Below are positions 1 through 7,416 of a DNA stretch of 14,188 nucleotides, piece after piece. Position numbers and translations under genes: made by a program. Each line of letters starts with the position of its first letter. Positions within the stretch are counted from its first letter, which is position 1. The notes beneath the pieces were generated by a model that saw nothing but the letters and a program-made list of their open reading frames with translations, was not told where the DNA came from and made no database searches. Source of the DNA: Limisphaerales bacterium (GTDB lineage Bacteria; Verrucomicrobiota; Verrucomicrobiia; Limisphaerales; JAJOIW01); contig CBFHOE010000001.1 in NCBI GenBank assembly GCA_965657355.1, forward strand, positions 392,528 through 406,715, read 5' to 3'.

Positions 1-395
1 TATAACTCTGATTACAACTATTCCGGCCCCAATTTACAAATAATACCATTCAAGAGACACCTCATCGTTATTTCTTGCCATAATGCATTACTTCAAAAAG
101 TAGTTTTTCACAGATTACAGAAAATTCAGATAATCCGGAAAGAAGAGAGGTTGGTGCTCTGCGATGTTCACTTCATGAGTAAACATAACAAATATTGTGC
201 GTAATTATGAATGATGCTATAATTGAATATTTCCATGTAAATTAGATAGTCATTAATAATTATGGGAAGAATATAGAACCCCGGCAAATGACGTAATGAA
301 TAGAAACAATTAAAAAAACCAACCAAAGTCAGAATAATTAATGCTTTGTTAAGTTTCCTTAATATTTAAGATTTTGTAAATCTGTGTAGGCTCCA

Positions 396-1730
396 TCATT
401 CTTTGTCTTTTTTTTGCGAGAAGAATTTTCCTACCTCATTGTGGTCTCCGTACAGGATCAGCTTTCTCCCTGGTTTTTTTTTTAGGAATATTCGTTTAAT
501 GGGATTTGAAGCTTGGAATTTTGATGTGATCATAAACCCTACTTGTTCGCCTTGAATCGAAAGCGATTTAATGCCAAATGGTATATTCGTGCTGGAATCT
601 GTCTTATCCATTGCCGCGTCTATTACTCCTTCATTCAGCATGACTGTAATGGCAAGATTCACCATCTCTTTTTGAATCGTAGAATTGACTTCATTTATCT
701 TTACTCTGCTAAGATCAGGTAAAAACCACCTGACAAATGGATTTTTTTCTTTTGCGAGATTATCTCGGAAATTTAGAAGCTTTTTCAGGCATTCTTGCGG
801 TTTCAATTGTGTCCATTCGGCAATTTCATCGTAGTATTTCTCAGCTTCTTCTATTAAAGCTATGATGCCATCAATGGCATTTTTTGAGTCGTCCAAAATG
901 ACCTGCCAATCCTGTGTGTCTGCCTCGGTAAGAAGGAAAACGAGGTGCCTTATCTCATCTAATCCCTCGTTTTCATTTTCAGGGTTTTCCTTTTTAATTT
1001 GGATTACTTTTTCCTTAAACCAACCGGAAATAAATTGTTTCTCTGTTGGTAAACAATCGGCAACAGTCTTTTCCCTCGGGAGGTTAACGAGTCCCAATTG
1101 CAGCGCCTTGAGTTCTTTCTCGTTAAGTCTGTGCAGATACTCTGAAAGTAAATTAACGGCTAACTCATCGATTGCATGTCCGACAAAGAGATTAACTAAA
1201 ATAGGTGACGACTTTATGTGGCTAGCCATTGTAAAAAGCGTAAGAATATCGTCTACAAATGCTTCGCCGTCCCCCTGCTGAATATCTGATTTTCCCTTTA
1301 ACGCCAGGCAAAAACCAAATTTTCTCAATTCGGATAAATGCGGCAACAATAAGTGGGGACCTTGGGAAAAATCGTCTCCCCAATCGCACTCTATTTTACT
1401 CCTTTTAATAAGAGAAAAATTTTCGAAAATATCATCCAAATTTAACAACAGCAGATTGGCTTCTGGAGATATTTCTTCGTCCATGAGATATCTCTGAGCT
1501 TCCCCAATAGTCGAGTCGTCATTTCTCTGTGCCAAAAGTAGTAGCTCCTTCCAATATAAGAGCGCCGGATTTATTGACTCTACTGTTTTTACTACTTTTT
1601 TTTCGGCAACGGCTGATTGCAATGTCTGAAGGGGTAAAAAAAGGAGATTCACTAAAAATAAAAAGGAGAACAGCCAAGCGCATGTGTGCCTGTGTGCCTG
1701 TGTGGGTATGCGTGTTTTAGATGTGCGCAT
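396..1730 (-). CDS. Secreted/membrane-anchored alpha-helical hypothetical protein of a PVC-type family (NxALxYW...CDWG...GPxLLLPHL motifs)
   Basis: Long ORF 396..1904. ATG at 1730 gives a basic n-region, hydrophobic h-region (WLFSFLFLVNLLFLPL) and AVA cleavage site. ATG at 1862 is an alternative start. Motifs NPALLYW, CDWGDDFSQGPHLLLPHL and PILVNLFVGHAIDE resemble uncharacterised Planctomycete/Verrucomicrobia proteins (recalled, not searched). Confidence 0.8.
   Translation of the reverse strand: MRTSKTRIPTQAHRHTCAWLFSFLFLVNLLFLPLQTLQSAVAEKKVVKTVESINPALLYWKELLLLAQRNDDSTIGEAQRYLMDEEISPEANLLLLNLDDIFENFSLIKRSKIECDWGDDFSQGPHLLLPHLSELRKFGFCLALKGKSDIQQGDGEAFVDDILTLFTMASHIKSSPILVNLFVGHAIDELAVNLLSEYLHRLNEKELKALQLGLVNLPREKTVADCLPTEKQFISGWFKEKVIQIKKENPENENEGLDEIRHLVFLLTEADTQDWQVILDDSKNAIDGIIALIEEAEKYYDEIAEWTQLKPQECLKKLLNFRDNLAKEKNPFVRWFLPDLSRVKINEVNSTIQKEMVNLAITVMLNEGVIDAAMDKTDSSTNIPFGIKSLSIQGEQVGFMITSKFQASNPIKRIFLKKKPGRKLILYGDHNEVGKFFSQKKDKE
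1683..1706. repeat. Short 8-bp tandem repeat (TGTGTGCC x2 + TGTGTGGG), with a further copy at 1737-1744
   Basis: Read directly: 1683-1690, 1691-1698, imperfect 1699-1706, isolated copy 1737-1744. Confidence 0.7.
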
Positions 1731-1871
1731 CAGTTTTGTGTGCCGCTTTTGAGCAATTTCCAAGGTAAAAATTAGAAAAAATAATCTATTGTTCACTGCG
1801 CTAAAAGCCGTGATAAGACACTTTTTTGTGATTTTTAGTAATTTGTGTTTTTGGCTCTTCATAGTGATATG

Positions 1872-1900
1872 AGTATGTCGATTTGTGCTAAAATTGTAAA
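1872..1900 (-). promoter_or_regulatory. Putative sigma70 promoter for the hypothetical gene
   Basis: Minus strand TTTACA (1900-1895), 17-nt spacer, CATACT (1877-1872), ending 9 nt before ATG at 1862. Confidence 0.45.
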
Positions 1901-2340
1901 ACAAGGGCCTATTATCTTAAATATCCATCACGATTCGTGATTCTCAGGTCTTATATCTTAGATGCTCAAATTTGAGATTGTTTGTCACTTAATTAAATGA
2001 TTATTTGTCTTCATTCCACAGAAAATGAACCCGAGCGATTTATATTTTGGGATGATAATTCCGTGTTTCGGTCAATTTAAAATAAAAGCAATGGAGGGAA
2101 GTCTCATCTGCCTAAGCTTAAAATTAATATTGATATTATTATAAGTCAGAAAAATAAATCGAATATTGCCATCCAATTTTGTGATGATCTTCAGGCACTG
2201 GGCCGTTTAGTTTCTTCTACGACCTCCTCACCAAAACTAGTATGGTTACAAAAACGGCGGCGATAAGCTTTTAAATCTTTTACCAATAGAAATCACTGAT
2301 AACTCAACTGTCTTTTCACCCCCCTGCTTTGCTGCTAAGT

Positions 2341-2376
2341 AACAAAATAAAACCCCCTTAAACAAACTTAAGGGGG
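2341..2376 (-). terminator. Rho-independent terminator downstream of the PVC-type heme protein gene
   Basis: Perfect 9-bp stem CCCCCTTAA (2353-2361)/TTAAGGGGG (2368-2376), 6-nt loop, followed on the minus strand by TTTTATTTTGTT; 32 nt after the stop at 2409. Confidence 0.85.
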
Positions 2377-2408
2377 CGTGTGTTTAGTTAAAGTCAGAGT
2401 CTATTGAT

Positions 2409-5400
2409 TTATTTTTTAACTTTTTTGAGTTCCCATTTCTTAAACGGGTGTTCCTTAAGGATTTCGTCAACCATGTAGAACGTTGTCTTATCCTTGACGC
2501 TTTCGACTACTTTTTTGACGAGAGCGGGACGAACTGGCTTGGCCTTGTTATCGAATGTATTACGAACGTATGTCAATACACCTGCAACTTCCTCATCGCT
2601 TAGGAAAGCCCCATGCGGTGTCATTGGAGGCGTTGTGCTTTGGGGGCCGTTATATGTGAATCCCTTGTATTCCAACTTGCCCCATAAACCTTTGAGTACG
2701 ATCTTAATGAGTCGTTTTTGGTTTCCATTGACCCATTCGCTGTTTGTAATGCCTGGGTAAAGTTTTGCTAGTCCTTTACCGTCGAGCTGGTGGCAAGTAC
2801 CGCAATGGCCTTCTCTGGCGTAGACATCTGCCCCGAGTTTGTAAAGTTTGACCTGATTCTCATTGAATCCCCGTTTCTTTAATTCGGCTAATGGTGTGAG
2901 AGGAGCTTTTGGCTCTTCAACGGGTTCTTGTCCTCCAGGAGATATTTTACGTGGGTCACGATCCCAGAACTGCTTGACCGTCTGGGCCGCGATTTGTGCA
3001 TCTTTGACCGGAGAATTCAGAACCACCTCAAGGAGTTCCTGGTTTTGTACGTTGTGCTGCTGGTGCAGCCATAGGGCCTCTAATAAGTGGTGGGCGTGTT
3101 CGGGGTTATTTTTGTCCCATTTTTTTACCCATGTTTTGAGCGCGCTAACGACTTCGTCGGTGGGATGCTCGCTCAATTCAATTCTTGCCAGGTACCTCAC
3201 TAAATTTGTTCGGTCAGTTAATTTGTCTAGCAATACAGGGATAGGCTGGCCGTCCACGTCAGGGTTAGGCATGAGTTCCCCGTCCTTGTGGGTGATGCGA
3301 TAAACGCGGCCGTATTCATGATCTCTATTCGGGTCACGAATATTATGCTGCATGTGACCAACAATAATGTTCTGCCAGTCAGAAAGGTAAATAGCCCCAT
3401 CACTGCCAATTTCGAAATCAGTTGGTCTAAAATTACGATCGTTTGGTGACTGTATCAGGTCGTCGACTTCAACACCCCAAATATCCCCAGGTTTGCCAAG
3501 TTTTTTCGGGTCTTTGTCGGCACCGATTGCACTTTCATAACCATCGCTGAATCCATTGCCATCTGAGTCCATTCCTTGTGTGGAATGCACAAGGTTATAT
3601 TGTTTGAGGCCCAAAAAACCAATGGAATTTAGGATGACAAAGTTACCTTGGAATTCATCGGGGAAATGGGGGCTGGAAATGATACCATTGGCAGGAACGG
3701 GACGAACGGTTCTGTTGAGAAGTGTTCTCATATAAAACCCGTCTTTTCCATTGGGTCTGATTTGGTAAGCTCTACCGCCAGTTCCGTCAGTGGCAAAATG
3801 ATATCCCCAATAATTAAAGCTTATACCGTGGGGGTTTGGGCTATTGTTTGCGTGAAACGAGTATTCATACGTTCTTGGGTTAAATCGATACATGGCGCTG
3901 TTTCCATGCTGCTGGTTTGTTGTCCAAGGTGTCTCGACATTGCTGACGTGGAAAACGCCTCTTTGGTAGTAGAAGTTGCCATCCGGGCCATAAACGAAAG
4001 CATTCGCCGAGTGGTGCGTATCGGCTGAATCGAGACCGTGGAAAATTCTTTTTCTAACGTCTGCGACGTCGTCGCCATCGGTGTCTTTAAGGAATAGTAT
4101 GTCTGGGACACTGGCAACGACAACACCACCATTCCAAAATTCAAATCCTGTTGGGTTGTGAACTTTGGCAAATTCAATAGCCTTGTCTGCAACACCGTCC
4201 CTGTTTTCATCAGGGAGGATGAGCAGCCGGTCGTTCATCTCCTTGAGTGGCTCCCATTTGGGATATGTTGTCCAGGCCGCGGCCCACAGACGGCCTTTGG
4301 TATCGACAGCCATCTGAACTGGGTTTGACATTTCCGGGAACATTTCTTCTGATGCAAAAACATTGATTTCAAGCCCGTCCTGCAGATCAACCTGTTTGGC
4401 TGTATCTTCTGGTGTCATGTATGCTGCTTGACCTTCCTTATTGGCATTGCTGCTTGGCGATTTGCCGCCAACATTGGAAATCACTCCTACAGGCGGAGGG
4501 ACATTTGAATCATCAATCGCATCAACTTTGAGACCATTGGCACGGGCCCAAACGTTTTTATCTCTATTTGCTGTCATGACATCGATCATGTCGAGTTCAT
4601 GCATGAGAACTTCACGGTTTGTTTGTCCATCCACAAATTTTAGGTGAGAGCGGCCACCCCAGACATCGTTTCCATCAGTGGCTCGATATCTGTTGTGCCA
4701 ATACCAGTTCTTGTCTCTAACAGCCTCATTTATTGAAGCAAGAAGTTCTGTGTCCCCGGAGATTTCAAGTCCGAATGTAGTTGATGCCAGGTGCTGGGCG
4801 ATTAATTTATTGCCGAGGCTGTTCGGGTGAATTCCGTTGATCGTTAATGGTTTTTTATTTTCGGCGTAGAGTGTGCCCGTAAGGCTGTACAAGTCGACGT
4901 ATGGAATGCCCTTTTCCTGTGCTGCCTCAGCTGTAGCCCTTGCGTATTTTGCTATTCGCGCGTTGTTGGCTCTGCCATCGGGTAAGTTGGGGTTATTTAA
5001 ATCTTCGTGCGCAATGGGAGAACACAGAATAATTTTAGGGGCAGATTCTCCGTTGTATTTCTTGGTTAAAGTTTCATCGACCCATTTTATTAATTCAGCC
5101 TTGTATTCTTCAGGTTTGTCGTCATACGACTCATTATATCCGAATAGAGCCAGGATAATGTCTGCTTGAGATATTTCTAAATAAGTGTCGGCATCAATAA
5201 ACCCTTTGTTGCGTGGTCGTTTATTAATGCGATCACCACTAAATCCGTGGTTTCGAAAAACTAGTTTGTGTTTGGGTAAGGCAGCCTGGATGTAGCTTTC
5301 TAACCAACCGTGATGCTGCATGCGTTCCGCAAGGCCATTTCCCAGAAGAACGATGTGATCACCCTTGTTTAAATCTATCGGAGCTGCTTGTCCAACTAGG

Positions 5401-5441
5401 CCAAGAAGAACAACAGATGCAGTTATGAGGAATTTATTCAT
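2409..5441 (-). CDS. PVC-type heme-binding CxxCH protein: signal peptide + SGNH/GDSL-like domain + membrane-bound dehydrogenase-like beta-propeller (TIGR02604-like) + short helical repeats + C-terminal cytochrome c
   Basis: 1010-aa ORF with signal peptide. SGNH-like blocks LLGNGLAE, RNHGFSGD, FGYNES, NGIHPN. Propeller signatures FASEEMFPEMSNPVQMAVDTKGRLW, DENRDGVAD, DTDGDDVAD, FRPTDFEIGSDGAIYLSDW, GRVYRI. Heme motif CGTCH (2804-2790) with a distal Met candidate in PPMTPHG and LSDEEVAGVLTYVRN helix. Confidence 0.9.
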   Translation of the reverse strand: MNKFLITASVVLLGLVGQAAPIDLNKGDHIVLLGNGLAERMQHHGWLESYIQAALPKHKLVFRNHGFSGDRINKRPRNKGFIDADTYLEISQADIILALFGYNESYDDKPEEYKAELIKWVDETLTKKYNGESAPKIILCSPIAHEDLNNPNLPDGRANNARIAKYARATAEAAQEKGIPYVDLYSLTGTLYAENKKPLTINGIHPNSLGNKLIAQHLASTTFGLEISGDTELLASINEAVRDKNWYWHNRYRATDGNDVWGGRSHLKFVDGQTNREVLMHELDMIDVMTANRDKNVWARANGLKVDAIDDSNVPPPVGVISNVGGKSPSSNANKEGQAAYMTPEDTAKQVDLQDGLEINVFASEEMFPEMSNPVQMAVDTKGRLWAAAWTTYPKWEPLKEMNDRLLILPDENRDGVADKAIEFAKVHNPTGFEFWNGGVVVASVPDILFLKDTDGDDVADVRKRIFHGLDSADTHHSANAFVYGPDGNFYYQRGVFHVSNVETPWTTNQQHGNSAMYRFNPRTYEYSFHANNSPNPHGISFNYWGYHFATDGTGGRAYQIRPNGKDGFYMRTLLNRTVRPVPANGIISSPHFPDEFQGNFVILNSIGFLGLKQYNLVHSTQGMDSDGNGFSDGYESAIGADKDPKKLGKPGDIWGVEVDDLIQSPNDRNFRPTDFEIGSDGAIYLSDWQNIIVGHMQHNIRDPNRDHEYGRVYRITHKDGELMPNPDVDGQPIPVLLDKLTDRTNLVRYLARIELSEHPTDEVVSALKTWVKKWDKNNPEHAHHLLEALWLHQQHNVQNQELLEVVLNSPVKDAQIAAQTVKQFWDRDPRKISPGGQEPVEEPKAPLTPLAELKKRGFNENQVKLYKLGADVYAREGHCGTCHQLDGKGLAKLYPGITNSEWVNGNQKRLIKIVLKGLWGKLEYKGFTYNGPQSTTPPMTPHGAFLSDEEVAGVLTYVRNTFDNKAKPVRPALVKKVVESVKDKTTFYMVDEILKEHPFKKWELKKVKK

Positions 5442-5454
5442 AGTGATTGTGACG

Positions 5455-5483
5455 ATATTGCCACAGAAAAATTTGAGAGTCTA
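5455..5483 (-). promoter_or_regulatory. Putative sigma70 promoter (extended -10) for the PVC-type heme protein gene
   Basis: Minus strand TAGACT (5483-5478), 17-nt spacer ending TGTGG, CAATAT (5460-5455); 13 nt before ATG at 5441. Confidence 0.4.
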
Positions 5484-5550
5484 GGGTTACGTTTGGTTTG
5501 GGACGATTTGTCGCAATCGCCAAAATAATGAGAAATCGGAGTGGAGTCGT

Positions 5551-6156
5551 CTATTTGCTTTCGATGAGGCTACTTAGCCTGCCTTGCATATCCTCGATTT
5601 GCCATTCCACAACTTCAATCGACGTATCGGTCCATATCAGAAAGTCGGACCTCTTTATTTTCTGTTGGATACCCATTTGGCTTCGAATTCTTTCATCCGC
5701 GTGCGATGGATTCCAACCGCGTTTATCCAGCCTGCCACGCTGTTTTTTAAGTGAACACGCCACGCATACGATTTTATCAAATTCTTTATCTGCTCCGATT
5801 TCAAACAAAAGTGGGATCGTAACAAAAGCCGCGGCTGCTCCTGCCGATTTTTTCTGGTCAAGCCACGTTTTCCACCTTGCCCTAATTTCAGGGTGAGTGA
5901 TCGAATTCAGCGCTTTTAATTCATCGGGGTTGCCAAAAACCCTGTCTCCCAGTTTCTTTCTATTTAAAAATCCACCGCTATCGAGAACCATATCGCCGAA
6001 AGTCTCGACAATTTTTTTAAGGGCGTCAGATCCTTTGTCTACGACCTGCCTAGCGACGTCATCAGTATCGATGGTCGGGAATCCCTTTGAAGATAGTATT
6101 TTACCCACAGTGGATTTGCCCATTCCAACCCCTCCGGTGATCCCTACCCTGATCAT
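5551..6156 (-). CDS. coaE: Dephospho-CoA kinase
   Basis: 201 aa. P-loop GITGGVGMGKST, IDTDDVAR, LNRKKLG, LNSITHP, IPLLFE and RIRSQM motifs typical of CoaE. Confidence 0.96.
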   Translation of the reverse strand: MIRVGITGGVGMGKSTVGKILSSKGFPTIDTDDVARQVVDKGSDALKKIVETFGDMVLDSGGFLNRKKLGDRVFGNPDELKALNSITHPEIRARWKTWLDQKKSAGAAAAFVTIPLLFEIGADKEFDKIVCVACSLKKQRGRLDKRGWNPSHADERIRSQMGIQQKIKRSDFLIWTDTSIEVVEWQIEDMQGRLSSLIESK

Positions 6157-6195
6157 TGATTTTTTAAAGCTTTTGCTATTTTTGAAGCCTCAATC

Positions 6196-7308
6196 CTACA
6201 CTACATCGCTTAGCATGGACTTGTGATGACCTATCCAGCCGCCACCAAGAACCTGGTCTTTATCATAAAACACGCAAGCCTGTCCTGGGGTAATCGCTGG
6301 GTGAGGCTCGTCTAGGACCACTTTAGTATCACCATTTTCTTGTGGATAGAGCGTTCCCAAAGAGCCATTATGGTTGTATCGGACTTTTATGCTGGCTCTT
6401 ATTTTCTGGGGAGCATTGTCCCAAGGAATCCAATTTGTTCTTTGGACGACGAACTCTCTTCTTTCAAGATCTTCCTTATCTCCAACAACGACGCGGTTGC
6501 TGGGTGCATCCAGTTCAAGGACATATAGTGGCTTAGGGGATGTAAGACCAAGCCCTTTTCGTTGTCCTATGGTAAAGAATTCGATTCCATCATGTTCCCC
6601 AAGGCATTTTCCATATTTGTCAACTATTTGCCCTTTATGCTTATCTACCAGGCCTGCTTTTTGTAAGAAGCCTCCATAATCGTTGTCCGGAACGAAACAA
6701 ATTTCTTGGCTTTCTTCTTTATCTGCGGTTTTTAATCCACAAGTTCTGGCGACATCGCGCGTTTCAGCTTTAACCATGTCTCCGAGCGGCATCATGGATC
6801 TCCTGAGCTGATCCTGCTTTAAAGAAAATAAAAAGTAGCTTTGGTCTTTTCTTGGGTCTTTTCCTTTGAGTAGTTGCATGCGACCCGTTTCGGGGTCTTC
6901 CTCCACTCTGGAATAATGCCCTGTGGCTATATAATAGGCCCCCAGTTTGTCTGCCCTGTTTATCAGGGTTCCGAACTTTAATCGGTCATTGCACATCACG
7001 CACGGATTGGGTGTTCTCCCAGCTTTGTATTCATCAGCAAAATATTGAATGACCTGGTTCTGGAATTCATCTGATTCATCGATTAGGTAGTAAGGTATCC
7101 CCAAGTTATGGCAAACGGAACGTGCATCCATGACCGCTTGAGGGCCGCAACACTTGTCCTCTGCACGTGAGACACAGTCCTGAGGCCAAACCTTGAGAGT
7201 TACACCAATAACATCGTAACCTTGGTCAATCAGCAAAGCTGCAGCAGAGCTTGAGTCCACTCCGCCACTCATGCCTATGATCACTCGTTTGTTTTTTTCA
7301 ACCGTCAC
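6196..7308 (-). CDS. mnmA: tRNA U34 2-thiouridylase MnmA
   Basis: 370 aa, GTG start. PP-loop MSGGVDSS, GRTPNPCVMCN, ATGHY, KDQSYFL, ESQEICF, FTIGQRKGLG, ITPGQACVFY, LGGGWI. Confidence 0.97.
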   Translation of the reverse strand: MTVEKNKRVIIGMSGGVDSSSAAALLIDQGYDVIGVTLKVWPQDCVSRAEDKCCGPQAVMDARSVCHNLGIPYYLIDESDEFQNQVIQYFADEYKAGRTPNPCVMCNDRLKFGTLINRADKLGAYYIATGHYSRVEEDPETGRMQLLKGKDPRKDQSYFLFSLKQDQLRRSMMPLGDMVKAETRDVARTCGLKTADKEESQEICFVPDNDYGGFLQKAGLVDKHKGQIVDKYGKCLGEHDGIEFFTIGQRKGLGLTSPKPLYVLELDAPSNRVVVGDKEDLERREFVVQRTNWIPWDNAPQKIRASIKVRYNHNGSLGTLYPQENGDTKVVLDEPHPAITPGQACVFYDKDQVLGGGWIGHHKSMLSDVV

Positions 7309-7314
7309 TCCTCA

Positions 7315-7343
7315 ACATTAGACATGAGGAGGGGAAGTTTCAA
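7315..7343 (-). promoter_or_regulatory. Putative sigma70 promoter for mnmA-coaE, predicted to give a leaderless mRNA
   Basis: Minus strand TTGAAA (7343-7338), 17-nt spacer, TAATGT (7320-7315), then 6 nt, then the GTG start at 7308 in the expected +1 position. Confidence 0.55.
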
Positions 7344-7416
7344 GAAGGAGAACCAAAGCTGCCATTTCGTTTTTATCCCACTTGCGTTTCCATTATTCCA
7401 ATACACCTTCATAGTA

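Noticed and set aside
1..395. Possible gene start or ncRNA in the AT-rich left end, including palindrome TAATGCATTA at 81-90
   Set aside because: Only very short ORFs (one 16-codon frame open to the edge from 49) and no recognisable RNA fold. Short AT palindromes are expected by chance.
862..1720. Plus-strand ORFs 862..1281 and 1529..1720
   Set aside because: Antisense shadows of the hypothetical gene with no recognisable motifs.
1731..1904. N-terminal extension of the hypothetical protein to the ORF-track start at 1904
   Set aside because: The 1904 start overlaps the predicted promoter. ATG 1730 gives a clean signal peptide; 1862 stays a possible alternative.
2190..2365. Small minus-strand ORF (…VISIGKDLKAYRRRFCNHTSFGEEVVEETKRPSA)
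   Set aside because: Under 60 aa, only GTG/TTG starts, begins in or just after a strong terminator, no known motif.
2494..6679. Many 60-146 aa ORFs overlapping the heme protein, coaE and mnmA
   Set aside because: Antisense or alternative-frame shadows of well-supported genes.
7305..7412. 35-aa minus-strand uORF whose TGA overlaps the mnmA GTG (GTGA)
   Set aside because: The overlap looks like translational coupling, but the ORF runs through the better-supported mnmA promoter, would need a promoter inside the divergent gene, and has no recognisable features.
7324..7416. 31-aa N-terminal extension of the TIGR01777 protein
   Set aside because: Family members start right before the GxxGxxG strand, and the extension overlaps the divergent promoter region.
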